NCBI GenBank assembly: GCA_963749915.1
Contig: CAVVOP010000005.1
Span: forward strand, 384,001-448,000
From: an uncultured cyanobacterium
Lineage (GTDB): Bacteria > Cyanobacteriota > Cyanobacteriia > Cyanobacteriales > Cyanobacteriaceae
DNA: 64,000 bases
Reading direction: 5' to 3'
In this document: one piece after another, positions 21,028 to 30,880 of the stretch
Position numbering within the stretch: the stretch's first letter is position 1
Layout: each line of letters begins with the position of its first letter
Notes under the pieces: generated by a model
The model's input: the letters and a program-made list of their open reading frames with translations, nothing else
Databases searched by the model: none
Told to the model about the DNA's origin: nothing
Translations under genes and position numbers: made by a program

Positions 21028-21840
21028 ATGACTAATTATCAAAGGTATTTAGATTATGAAAACTGGGAATTACCCAATTATTTAACCTCTGAATTTGCCC
21101 CAAAACGAACTAAATATTGTGTTTGTATTTTTGTTATTGATGAGGGCGAAAAAATCAAAAAACAGTTAGAGAAAATGCTCGAAATCTCTAAAAATATTGA
21201 TGTAATTATTGCCGATGGTGGTAGTACTGATGGTTCTTTAGATTTAGATTTTCTGAGAAATGTTCATGTAAGAACATTATTGACGAAGGAAGACACTGGA
21301 AAGTTAAGCACACAGATGCGTATGGCGTTTGCTTATGCTTTAATTGAAGGTTATGAGGGAATTATAACTATTGACGGAAACAATAAAGATGATCCCTCTG
21401 CTATTCCTACTTTTGTGGAAGCCTTAGGGGAAGGATATGATCATCTTCAAGGCTCACGTTTTGTGCCGGGTGGCAAAGCGGTAAATACTCCTTGGGCAAG
21501 ATATTGGGCTGTCAGACTTATTCACGCCCCTTTGATTAGCCTTGCATCGGGTTTTAGATATACGGATACAACTAACGGATTTCGTGGTTATAGTCGTCGA
21601 TTATTAGTCGATTCCAGAGTCGCACCTTTTCGCGAGGTTTTCTCAGGTTATGAATTGCATTATTATTTAGCCATTCGCTCTGTTCATCTGGGCTATAAAG
21701 TGAGGGAATTGCCCGTAACTAGATGTTATCCCCATAAAGGACCAACACCGACAAAAATTAGTCCCATCAAAGGCAATTTGACGGTATTATCCACATTGTT
21801 TAAAGCCTGTTTAAATAAATTTAATCCTCCTAAAAAATAA
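21028..21840 (+). CDS. GT2 glycosyltransferase, DPM1/polyprenol-phosphate glycosyltransferase-like, soluble
   Basis: ADGGSTDGS, IDGNNKDD, QGSRF.PGG, YTDTTNGFR.YS. Confidence 0.88.
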   Translation: MTNYQRYLDYENWELPNYLTSEFAPKRTKYCVCIFVIDEGEKIKKQLEKMLEISKNIDVIIADGGSTDGSLDLDFLRNVHVRTLLTKEDTGKLSTQMRMAFAYALIEGYEGIITIDGNNKDDPSAIPTFVEALGEGYDHLQGSRFVPGGKAVNTPWARYWAVRLIHAPLISLASGFRYTDTTNGFRGYSRRLLVDSRVAPFREVFSGYELHYYLAIRSVHLGYKVRELPVTRCYPHKGPTPTKISPIKGNLTVLSTLFKACLNKFNPPKK

Positions 21841-21864
21841 ATTATTATTAAAGTTATTGAAAAT

Positions 21865-22632
21865 ATGAGTAAAGCTATTATCGGTTACACGGGATTTGTG
21901 GGAAGTAATCTGATTTCACAGCAAAAATTTGATGATTTTTATAACTCAAAAAATATCGAGTCCATTCAAGGAAAAAGTTATGATATCGTAGTCTGTGCAG
22001 GTGCACCTGCGGTGAAATGGTTAGCAAATAAAGAGCCTATCAAGGATAAAGAAAATTTGCAAAAATTGATGGATTGTTTAGCTCAAGTATCCACTAATAA
22101 ATTAATTTTAATTTCCACCGTTGACGTTTATCCTAATCCTATTAATGTAGATGAATATACACAAATTGACGTGGAAGTTTTACAACCCTATGGTAAGCAT
22201 CGTTTAGAATTAGAGCGATTTGTACAAGAAAATTTTGATAGTTTAATTGTACGTTTGCCCGGCCTTTTTGGTGAAGGATTGAAAAAAAATATTATCTATG
22301 ATTTTCTTAACAATAATATTGGCGATTGGATACATAAAGATAGTGTTTTTCAATTTTATAACTTAGCACATCTTTGGGAAGATTTGGCGATCGCCCTTGA
22401 CCATGAATTAAAGTTAGTCAACTTTGCCACTGAACCAGTTAGTGTAGCAGAAGTGGCACTAGAAGCCTTCGGATTTAAATTTAGCGAAGAACCTAAAAAT
22501 AATCCTGCAAATTATGATATGCGAACCAAATATTTTGATTTATTTAGTAGTGATCAACAGGGCTATTTATACGGTAAAAAAATAGTTTTTCAAGAATTAA
22601 GGGAATTTGTATTAAAACAGAAGTCAAATTAA
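21865..22632 (+). CDS. NAD-dependent epimerase/dehydratase (extended SDR)
   Basis: GYTGFVGSNL, ISTVDVY, YGKHR, IVRLPGLFG. Confidence 0.85.
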   Translation: MSKAIIGYTGFVGSNLISQQKFDDFYNSKNIESIQGKSYDIVVCAGAPAVKWLANKEPIKDKENLQKLMDCLAQVSTNKLILISTVDVYPNPINVDEYTQIDVEVLQPYGKHRLELERFVQENFDSLIVRLPGLFGEGLKKNIIYDFLNNNIGDWIHKDSVFQFYNLAHLWEDLAIALDHELKLVNFATEPVSVAEVALEAFGFKFSEEPKNNPANYDMRTKYFDLFSSDQQGYLYGKKIVFQELREFVLKQKSN

Positions 22633-22656
22633 AAAATAAAAGAAAACCCAAATTCA

Positions 22657-24606
22657 ATGGATAAAATTAATTTTGATCAAGTTAAAAAAAATTTAAGCAT
22701 AATTTTCTGTATCATAATTCCCTTTTTAATTTACACAGGTATTTTGATAATTGATTTACCATCAGAAATGGGCGATGCAATCAGACATGGTTTTTCATGG
22801 TTATTGGTCATTTTTGCAATATTACTATATATAACTTACAGCATAAAGGGATGGTTAGGTATCGCCTTGAGTTTAAGTTCAACTCTCGCTTTATTTGCTT
22901 TACCCTTAGCTAGACTTTGGAGTACAGGAGTAAGTGAATCTTACTTATTAGGTGGTTTACTTCCTTGGAGCGATGCTAACGGATATTACTGGCACACAAG
23001 AAATTTGTTACAAGGCTTAACAATGATAAATAGTCCACATGATTCAAGACCGATATTTGTTGGTATATTATCATTTGTCTTCAAACTGACTCAACAAAAT
23101 TTACAGATAAGTATAGCTATTTTAACGGCTTTAATTGCCATTAGTTGCTTTTTTGTCGTAAAAGAACTTCAAAGATCCTATGGTACAACTGCAGGGGTTC
23201 TAGTGATTTTATGTTTATTTATATTTATCAGACCTTTAATCGGTTCTTTATTGACAGAGAATATCGGATTATGTTTAGGTACATTGAGTTTTGCGTTGTT
23301 GTTAAGGGGTGCAAAGCAGATAAGCATAAACATAGCCTTATTAGGAATTTTTATCCTAACCATTGCCCTTAACGCTCGTACCGGTACATTTTTCGTTTTA
23401 CCGACTTTAATTTTCTGGGGTGGTTATGTCTTTCGTGAATCAAAGTTATTTTCTAGTAAATTCGCACTATGGGGATTCAGTGTTGTTTTACTGGGTTTTA
23501 TCTTCAATTCTCTTTTGTTGAAAATCATTGGGCATCCTGACACTGGTTCATCTTACGCTAATTTTGCCCTAATGTTTTATGGAGTGATCACAGAAACCAA
23601 CTGGACACAAATATACCAAGATTATCCTGAAATCAATAAATTAGGAGGCTCTGAGTTTTCAGATAAAACCAATGCTATAGTTTGGGAAACGATCAAAAAT
23701 AATCCTATTGCTTCCATTAAAGGCATCATAAAACAGTGGCAAAACTTTTTCTTGGACAATTATAAATCGATCTTTTTTATGGAGAGAAATGAATTAGAAT
23801 CTGGCCTCAGATTTTTAGGTGTCATTGGATTGTTCGGATCTATATTAAAAAAGTTTATAAAAGATCCGATCGCTTCCCTAGTAATTTTCTATTTTTTCGG
23901 TGTGATTGCCTCTATACCCTTTGCACCAGTACAAGATGGAGGGTTAAGAGTTTATGCCGCTACGGTTATTATTTTTCCCGTTCTTTCGGCTATCGGTTTA
24001 ACTTTAATATTAGCTTACGCTATTAAACCTATTGTTAATTTTGCCTTTTCTTCATTGATACAAAAAAATGTTATTCCCCAAAACTTAGGTCAATTATTTT
24101 CTTCAGGTAATATCTCACAAAATTCATCCCAACTTTGGTCTCGTCAAGATCAAGTTTTACCGATTCTGAGTCTAAGTTTAGTGATCATTAGTTTTATCGC
24201 TCCCATTATTATTAAACAAATTAGTTATTTTCCTGACACATCTCATCTTTCTTGCCCTGTAGGTTTAGAAACTGCCTATTTTCGTAATAATCCGGGTTCA
24301 TATATTAATTTAGTAGAAGATAGTGCGATCGCCGATAGTCATTTACCCAATATCAGAATTAGTGATTTTCGAGAAGGATTAAAAACTTTTGCCCCATGGT
24401 TAAAAAAAGAGCCAGAAGCCTTTGCTCAAATTAATTCGGGCACCACCATTATGGATACCTTTAATTACACATGGTTAGTGACAAACTCAAATTTAATTCC
24501 CCAAGAGCGAGGTTTTATCTTAGCTTGTGGAAAAATAGAAACCATTGGAGAACTTAATCTCTTTCATGCTGATTACCTTAAACCGATATCGTCTAAAATA
24601 AATTGA
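22657..24606 (+). CDS. Polytopic membrane protein, probable GT-C fold glycosyltransferase
   Basis: More than 10 TM helices; LPWSDA.GY loop, RP, LLTE, LNAR, RVY pattern typical of ArnT/PMT-like proteins; periplasmic C-domain. Confidence 0.6.
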   Translation: MDKINFDQVKKNLSIIFCIIIPFLIYTGILIIDLPSEMGDAIRHGFSWLLVIFAILLYITYSIKGWLGIALSLSSTLALFALPLARLWSTGVSESYLLGGLLPWSDANGYYWHTRNLLQGLTMINSPHDSRPIFVGILSFVFKLTQQNLQISIAILTALIAISCFFVVKELQRSYGTTAGVLVILCLFIFIRPLIGSLLTENIGLCLGTLSFALLLRGAKQISINIALLGIFILTIALNARTGTFFVLPTLIFWGGYVFRESKLFSSKFALWGFSVVLLGFIFNSLLLKIIGHPDTGSSYANFALMFYGVITETNWTQIYQDYPEINKLGGSEFSDKTNAIVWETIKNNPIASIKGIIKQWQNFFLDNYKSIFFMERNELESGLRFLGVIGLFGSILKKFIKDPIASLVIFYFFGVIASIPFAPVQDGGLRVYAATVIIFPVLSAIGLTLILAYAIKPIVNFAFSSLIQKNVIPQNLGQLFSSGNISQNSSQLWSRQDQVLPILSLSLVIISFIAPIIIKQISYFPDTSHLSCPVGLETAYFRNNPGSYINLVEDSAIADSHLPNIRISDFREGLKTFAPWLKKEPEAFAQINSGTTIMDTFNYTWLVTNSNLIPQERGFILACGKIETIGELNLFHADYLKPISSKIN

Positions 24607-24645
24607 GATCCTAATAAAAAGTAAATAAAATAGAGAAATAAATTT

Positions 24646-25461
24646 ATGAAAATTGCGATTTCCAACATAGCATGGCAACTGAAAGAAGAAGAATCTATCG
24701 CTCAAATAATGCAGGATTTAGAAATAAAAGGAGTAGAAATTGCTCCGACTAAAATCTGGGATTCTCCTTTATTAGCAGAGGATAGTGAAATCAACTCTTA
24801 TCAAAATTTTTGGCACAGTAAAGGTATTGAAATTGTTGCCCTTCAAGCCTTACTATTTGGCAGACAAGATTTAACTATTTTTGCGGATGCCCATAAAAGA
24901 AAAGAAACTTTTGACTATCTTAGTGGCATGATTGAATTAGGAAGTAAATTAGGTGCCAAAGTATTAGTTTTTGGCTCTCCAAAAAACAGAAATATTGGAA
25001 ATTTAGACTTACAAGAAGCAGAAAAAATTGGGCAAGAATTTTTTTATAACTTAGGAGAGTTGGCCCTTAAAAATGAAGTCAAGTTCTGTATTGAACCGAA
25101 TCCAAGTATTTATAACTGTGATTTTATTACCGATTCTCAACAGGGTATAGAATTTGTGACGAAAACGAATAGCGAAGGTTTTGGGCTTCATTTAGACAGT
25201 GCGGGTATGATGTTAAGCAATGAGGACATTAAACCAGCTTTGGAAAAGTCTATTCAACGATTATGTCATTTTCATATCAGTGAACCTTATTTAGGGCCAG
25301 TGGGAGATGGTACAGTTGATCATCAGACTTTTGCTGATACTTTAACAAATCTTAATTATCAAGGTTGGACATCTATTGAAATGAAAACTCAAAGTCCTGA
25401 TTCTAATTCTTTACCTGTTACTAAAGCGTTAAAAACAGCAATTCAGTATTACAGAAAATAA
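24646..25461 (+). CDS. Sugar phosphate isomerase/epimerase (xylose-isomerase-like TIM barrel)
   Basis: ISNIAW, GVEIAP, FGSPKNR, IEPNP, HLD, HFHISEP, SIEM metal ligands. Confidence 0.85.
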   Translation: MKIAISNIAWQLKEEESIAQIMQDLEIKGVEIAPTKIWDSPLLAEDSEINSYQNFWHSKGIEIVALQALLFGRQDLTIFADAHKRKETFDYLSGMIELGSKLGAKVLVFGSPKNRNIGNLDLQEAEKIGQEFFYNLGELALKNEVKFCIEPNPSIYNCDFITDSQQGIEFVTKTNSEGFGLHLDSAGMMLSNEDIKPALEKSIQRLCHFHISEPYLGPVGDGTVDHQTFADTLTNLNYQGWTSIEMKTQSPDSNSLPVTKALKTAIQYYRK

Positions 25462-25643
25462 AAATTAATCATTAAACTATTTGTTTTTCTGAGAAAAGTA
25501 CGTCATCAACTATTAATAATATACCTAAATTAGTGTAATTGTTAAAAGATTCTTAACAATTAAACCTCCATAAATTGAATAACCTAATAATAGAGCATTA
25601 TTTATCCTCTATTGTCAATTACTCAAACTACGAAAAAATATTT

Positions 25644-27083
25644 ATGACAAGTAACTTAATTACCGTCGCCTATATCGCCGCTAGTGCGTTATTTATTCTT
25701 AGTCTCGCTGGTTTATCTAACCAAGAAACCGCAGGAAAAGGCAACATTTACGGTATCGCTGGAATGGCGATCGCATTTTTAGCTACAGCATTCAGTGCTG
25801 ATGTGACAAATTATACAACCCTGATTACTGCTATTATCCCCGCAGTGATTATCGGCTCAATTTTAGCCTCTAGGGTAGCTATGACATCCATGCCTGAGTT
25901 AGTGGCAATTTTACATAGCTTTGTCGGTTTAGCCGCCGTGTTGGTGGGAGTTGGCAACTATTTACAGCCTGAATCTGGTTTAATAGGCTCAGAAGAATTT
26001 ATCCATCAAATCGAAATTTATATCGGTGTCTTTATCGGTGCAGTGACTTTTACAGGCTCCATCGTCGCTTTTGGTAAATTACGCGCGATAATTAGTTCAA
26101 AACCCCTCATGTTACCGGCCAGACATTTTCTCAATTTAGGGATGTTAGGTGCAACTATTTATTTCGGTTACGCTTTTCTTAACACCGAATCAGGGTTACA
26201 ACCTTTATTAATCATGACGGGAATTGCCTGTTTATTGGGGATTCACCTCGTCGCGGCTATCGGTGGTGCGGATATGCCTGTAGTAATTTCCATGTTAAAC
26301 AGTTATTCTGGATGGGCAGCCGCCGCGGCTGGTTTTATGTTGAGCAACGACTTGTTAATCATCACTGGTGCATTAGTGGGTAGTAGTGGGGCAATTCTAA
26401 GTTATATCATGTGTAAAGCCATGAACCGCTCGTTTATTAGCGTTATTTTAGGCGGTTTTGGGGAAGGAAGTGGAAAAACTACCTCTACTTTTAAGCAAGA
26501 GGTTGGGGAAGCCGTGGCGACTAATATTGAAGAAGTGGCGGAAATGTTGGTAAATGCGAAAAGTGTCATTATCACCCCGGGTTATGGTATGGCTGTAGCT
26601 CAAGCCCAACATGGTGTCTCGGAAATTACCAAGATTTTAAAAAGCCGTAAAGTTAATGTGCGTTTTGGGATTCACCCCGTGGCGGGACGTTTACCCGGTC
26701 ATATGAATGTATTGTTAGCAGAGGCAAATGTGCCTTATGACATCGTTTTAGAAATGGATGAGATTAACGAAGATTTCCCCACAACTGACGTAGTTTTAGT
26801 TATCGGAGCTAATGATACTGTTAATCCTAGTGCATTGGAAGATCCTAATAGTGCCATCGCTGGCATGCCTGTATTAGAAGTCTGGAAAGCAGAAAACTGT
26901 ATCGTCATGAAGCGCAGTTTAGCCACTGGTTACGCGGGGGTTGATAATCCTTTATTTTATAAGGAAAATACGAGAATGCTTTTCGGTGATGCTAAGGTAA
27001 ATGTTGACTCATTATTAGTAGCGTTGAGAGAAAAAACCAGTAAAAAAGGCAAAGCGGAAAATAAAGTTTTAGTTACCGCCTAG
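25644..27083 (+). CDS. pntB: NAD(P) transhydrogenase subunit beta
   Basis: [53 protein letters not shown]. Confidence 0.96.
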   Translation: MTSNLITVAYIAASALFILSLAGLSNQETAGKGNIYGIAGMAIAFLATAFSADVTNYTTLITAIIPAVIIGSILASRVAMTSMPELVAILHSFVGLAAVLVGVGNYLQPESGLIGSEEFIHQIEIYIGVFIGAVTFTGSIVAFGKLRAIISSKPLMLPARHFLNLGMLGATIYFGYAFLNTESGLQPLLIMTGIACLLGIHLVAAIGGADMPVVISMLNSYSGWAAAAAGFMLSNDLLIITGALVGSSGAILSYIMCKAMNRSFISVILGGFGEGSGKTTSTFKQEVGEAVATNIEEVAEMLVNAKSVIITPGYGMAVAQAQHGVSEITKILKSRKVNVRFGIHPVAGRLPGHMNVLLAEANVPYDIVLEMDEINEDFPTTDVVLVIGANDTVNPSALEDPNSAIAGMPVLEVWKAENCIVMKRSLATGYAGVDNPLFYKENTRMLFGDAKVNVDSLLVALREKTSKKGKAENKVLVTA

Positions 27084-27096
27084 TGCTTGAACAATT

Positions 27097-27728
27097 CTGG
27101 TTCTAGCGGATTTTGTGGTCAACCAGTTTTTAGGGGTCTTCGACCATTCATCGAACTGGCAATTAGCAAATTGTGCAGCCAGTTGTGATGGTATTGAAAT
27201 CCATTGAGGTCTTTAAAGGGCGAAATCCTCTCAGAGTCTGATGAGCAAGTTCTTGAAGAATAGGGATGAAAATTCCACACCAGTGCCATCGAGGGTACAT
27301 AGAGTCGAGCTGATTCTTTCGTGCCGTGAAAGTATTGCAAGGTCTTTGATCCTTGTGCCCACGATGGATGCTCGACCCAAAGACAAGTAAATTCGATACC
27401 AATACATGGGATTGCGCCCAAAAACGTGAAACCAAAAGCCCTGCTCCATTGAATCGGGAAACAATTCTGGATATTGACCCTGAATCTGAATCACATATTG
27501 CCGAAAAGCTTTAGGATTAAAGAGAATACCTCGATATTGTGTTTCACTTTCCACTGGCAAACAGATACTCTTATCTCCTCTTATAGACTCGGCCATTCTT
27601 TAGTTTAACCCCCTGATTGACTGATAATCTTTCTACTTTACCCAATCACAGCGGTTTCGTCCTCACGGGGCGATCAGTGTCGGCGATCGCTCTTGATTTC
27701 TAATGACCACAAAATCCGTTAGAACCAG
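27097..27728 (-). mobile_element. Internally deleted IS (632 bp) with 25-bp terminal inverted repeats and transposase N- and C-terminal fragments
   Basis: CTGGTTCTAGCGGATTTTGTGGTCA (27097-27121) / TGACCACAAAATCCGTTAGAACCAG (27704-27728), 24/25 match; fragments SICLP...YPELFP and MALVWNFHPY...LNGFQYHHNWLHNLLIASS lie in different frames. Confidence 0.8.
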
Positions 27729-27809
27729 TGTCAGGCAGTCAGGCCATGACCAACTTTCGACACCAGAGTCTTATGCTTATCCTTCCTTCGGGTTGGCGAT
27801 GGGAGTATG

Positions 27810-28544
27810 TCACAGTAAATAAGCATTTTCTTGCAAAGCAATTAATTCTTGACTTAAGGCCTGCAAATTATTTAATTCCTCAGAATTCGTTAAATCTGCT
27901 GTGCGTAGTTTGTTCTGCAATTGTTGTAAAATTCCGGCAGATTCGGTAATTAAATTTGTTAAAGAAAATACCTGTGCTTGTCTTGCTGATTTGCCCTGTT
28001 TTGCTAAATTAATATTACGATTTAAACTTGATTCTATCTGTCTTAACTGTTTTAAGGCTAATCCATCGGTAGATTTTTGTTTTTTCTTAATATCTTTTAA
28101 TTTTTCTTCTAATTCTTCCACTGATAATAGCGAATCTCCTCCTGATAATTTATTACTTAAATTCTCTATTTTTTGGGGTAATTCTAAAGTACGATCGCAA
28201 GAATATTCTACAGTAGTTAATAAATCCATTTGCCATGAATCATGCAATAAATTTTTAGCTTCTAACCGTAAATTTTCGGCTTTATTAATTAATAATTGTG
28301 CTTCTTTTTTTGCTTCATTTAACTCTTGTTCTAAGCCTTTATTTTCTAAGTTAATTCTACTTTGTTTTTGGTTATCTTGAGCTAAGATAATTGATCCTAT
28401 AAAAGCGATCGCTACGCTAGATGGTAAGATGATAATACTAGATAATTTAACAACTCTTACCCCTAAAAATAAACAAATTCCACTGATTAAAACTGCTAGA
28501 GGATAATTGAGAGGATTAACTAGTTTCATTTTTTTACTCCTCAT
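27810..28544 (-). CDS. Membrane-anchored coiled-coil protein, partner of the upstream vWA lipoprotein
   Basis: Two N-terminal TM helices plus long coiled coil; 4 nt downstream of the vWA gene. Confidence 0.7.
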   Translation of the reverse strand: MRSKKMKLVNPLNYPLAVLISGICLFLGVRVVKLSSIIILPSSVAIAFIGSIILAQDNQKQSRINLENKGLEQELNEAKKEAQLLINKAENLRLEAKNLLHDSWQMDLLTTVEYSCDRTLELPQKIENLSNKLSGGDSLLSVEELEEKLKDIKKKQKSTDGLALKQLRQIESSLNRNINLAKQGKSARQAQVFSLTNLITESAGILQQLQNKLRTADLTNSEELNNLQALSQELIALQENAYLL

Positions 28545-28548
28545 ATAA

Positions 28549-30255
28549 TTAAAATTCTACTTGTAAATCATTCATTAATTTATCAATAGTGTCAGGATTA
28601 CCTTGTCGATAATAACCGCTATTTATTCTGGCAATTTCTTCTAAAATTTTGGAATTAAATTCTCCTTCTTTACCATAACCAACAGTAAAAAATGCAATTC
28701 TTTCATCACTATTAAAACCACTTTTTTTCAATTCTTCTTCTAATTTTTGTAAAGTTATACCACTACCAGAATCTTCTCCATCCGTAAGAATTAATACAGC
28801 GTTAATGGCATCAGGTTTAAGATTTTTTTTCAGCCAATCACGGGCAAATAAAGCACTGTCATATAATCTTGTCCCGCCTCGTGCTTGTAAGCTACTAATA
28901 TATTGAATACCTTTATTTTTACCTTCAGGAGTGCCTTTAATAATCACTGGTGAATTAATTTCATCACTAAATGTAATTAAAACAATTTCTTCCTTTGTCC
29001 CTAAATTATTCACATAATTGAATAACGTGTTTTGTACCGCCGTCATTTTTGCCCCTCGCATTGAACCTGAAATATCAACAACTACTGCTACTTGAGAAGG
29101 TTTTTTAGCGTAATCTTGCCAATTTTTAAGCATGGCCTCCACAACTTCAGGCTGAGGAGGACGATAGGATTCATAATTAGGATTAGGGCTCACCCCAAAT
29201 TGAGCATTAAATTTATTACCAAGAGCAATACCAGGAATACCAGGACGTAATCCTAATTCAGTGGCCAAAGTTTGAGATTCAGGAGTAAGCATAAAGTCTA
29301 AAATTTTTTGAGCGCCTTCTTTTTCTTCTGGAGATACCCAAGAGGCATTGGGCAAAATCCCGCGAATATTGGACCCGAAGGTAGCTTTAGGGTAAACTGC
29401 CTGATATTTAGTCTTATTTTCACCGCCTTGACTATTAGCACGAATCACGAGAGACTCATAAACCGAGCCAACATTTGCCCAAAATAAGCCATTTTCTACC
29501 ATAGAATTAGCTAAAGAAGCAGTAGAAACCCCATAACGGGTAACCTTTCCTTGGATAGCTTTAACTTTATCTTGATATTTCTCTATATCACCAATGGTTA
29601 AATCTTGAGGTGCTTTATTGGCAACGGAAGCAAATTGAGCTACTAAAGTCTGTAAGCCTGAATTAGAGCGAGTTGGAGCGGTTTGTACAAAATAAATAGG
29701 TAAAGGTTGTGCCTGAGAATCTAATTGTTGATAATTCTCATATTCTGCCAAAGCTGTATAAATATTGGGTACTTTTTCCAATGCCGGCGCTAATTCTGCC
29801 GTTGTCATAAACACCATCGGGCTAAATACTAATAAAGGAGTATCAGTAATAGGGGGAATATAATTTTTACCTGGAAAAATCTTGTCTATTTGATAGACTA
29901 ATTGATTTTGATAAATTTCACCATCCACGGCAATTAATGAGGGAAAACGCTCATCATCAGCAGAAATCGCCCCTGTTGACAGTTGTTGACTTAAAGAAAC
30001 CACTTCGGCAATGACATCACCGCTTCCTTTGGCATCACAAGTTAAAAAAAACGGTTTACCACTACTAAGTTGCGGATTCGTAGCGTTAAGTTTTGTTGCA
30101 GTTTGTTGACAAAATTCCCCTAAATCACTCCCGACTAAAAATTTAATGGGAATGCCAGAAGGTTGATTATTGTTGGTATTTGCTTGATTACATCCACCAA
30201 TAATTAATAAAGGTGTGATGAGAAAAGGAAAAATTAATTTAAAATTGGAAACCAT
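28549..30255 (-). CDS. Lipoprotein with solute-binding domain and C-terminal vWA domain
   Basis: Lipobox IIGGC; T.PTRSNSG, VYES (SBP); DISGSM, GGT.LYD, LTDGED (MIDAS). Confidence 0.88.
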   Translation of the reverse strand: MVSNFKLIFPFLITPLLIIGGCNQANTNNNQPSGIPIKFLVGSDLGEFCQQTATKLNATNPQLSSGKPFFLTCDAKGSGDVIAEVVSLSQQLSTGAISADDERFPSLIAVDGEIYQNQLVYQIDKIFPGKNYIPPITDTPLLVFSPMVFMTTAELAPALEKVPNIYTALAEYENYQQLDSQAQPLPIYFVQTAPTRSNSGLQTLVAQFASVANKAPQDLTIGDIEKYQDKVKAIQGKVTRYGVSTASLANSMVENGLFWANVGSVYESLVIRANSQGGENKTKYQAVYPKATFGSNIRGILPNASWVSPEEKEGAQKILDFMLTPESQTLATELGLRPGIPGIALGNKFNAQFGVSPNPNYESYRPPQPEVVEAMLKNWQDYAKKPSQVAVVVDISGSMRGAKMTAVQNTLFNYVNNLGTKEEIVLITFSDEINSPVIIKGTPEGKNKGIQYISSLQARGGTRLYDSALFARDWLKKNLKPDAINAVLILTDGEDSGSGITLQKLEEELKKSGFNSDERIAFFTVGYGKEGEFNSKILEEIARINSGYYRQGNPDTIDKLMNDLQVEF

Positions 30256-30458
30256 AGAAAAAAATGATGATTTCTGTTGTTATAGTGATCATAACCTATT
30301 TAGCTTTTGATGAAGGTTGAATAAAAATTAAGCAAAACTCAAATCTTCTCAGAGAATGGTTGAGAAAATAAACAGGGAGTAGAATGTGGAGTAAGATTAA
30401 GGTTAGGGGTAACTGTTCAGTACTCCTAACACTTACTTGTGCATAAAAACATTTTACC

Positions 30459-30808
30459 ATGACTCAAACAATAGAAGTTAACCTAATTGATGTGCTCAAT
30501 AAAATTGAGGCTAAAATCGATAAACTTGACAGCAAAATTGATAATTTAGGGCAGAAATTAGAGACTAAAATCGACAAACTTGATAGCAAAATTGATAATT
30601 TAGAGCAGAAATTAGAGACTAAAATTGGCACTTTAGAACAAAAATTAGAAACCAAAATCGATAAAAAGTTTAATGAAGTTGAAAATCGTTTTAACGAGAT
30701 TAACACTCGGCTTAATACCCTAACATTAGGTTTTTTAAGCATTATTGGGGTTTTAACGGGGGCTTATTAACTATTCTCGCTAAATTTACTTTTTTCCCTA
30801 ATTCATAA
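30459..30808 (+). CDS. Small coiled-coil repeat protein with C-terminal TM anchor; frameshifted in a G5 tract (the ORF as written stops at 30770)
   Basis: KIDKLDSKIDNL(G/E)QKLET tandem repeats; adding one G at 30758-30762 restores GGLLTILAKFTFFPNS*. Confidence 0.6.
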
Positions 30809-30880
30809 GTAAATTTTTAATATTTCAAGGGTACCTTGGAATATAGCTACTTATTTTATAAAATCAGAATAAATTTGTAG

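Noticed and set aside
25644..27083. pntB without adjacent pntA
   Set aside because: pntA and pntB are often unlinked in cyanobacteria; not evidence of loss
30464..30742. Antisense ORF and 54-nt repeats that could be mistaken for a CRISPR-like array
   Set aside because: The repeats are contiguous, in-frame coding repeats with no unique spacers, and there are no cas genes; the antisense ORF is a shadow
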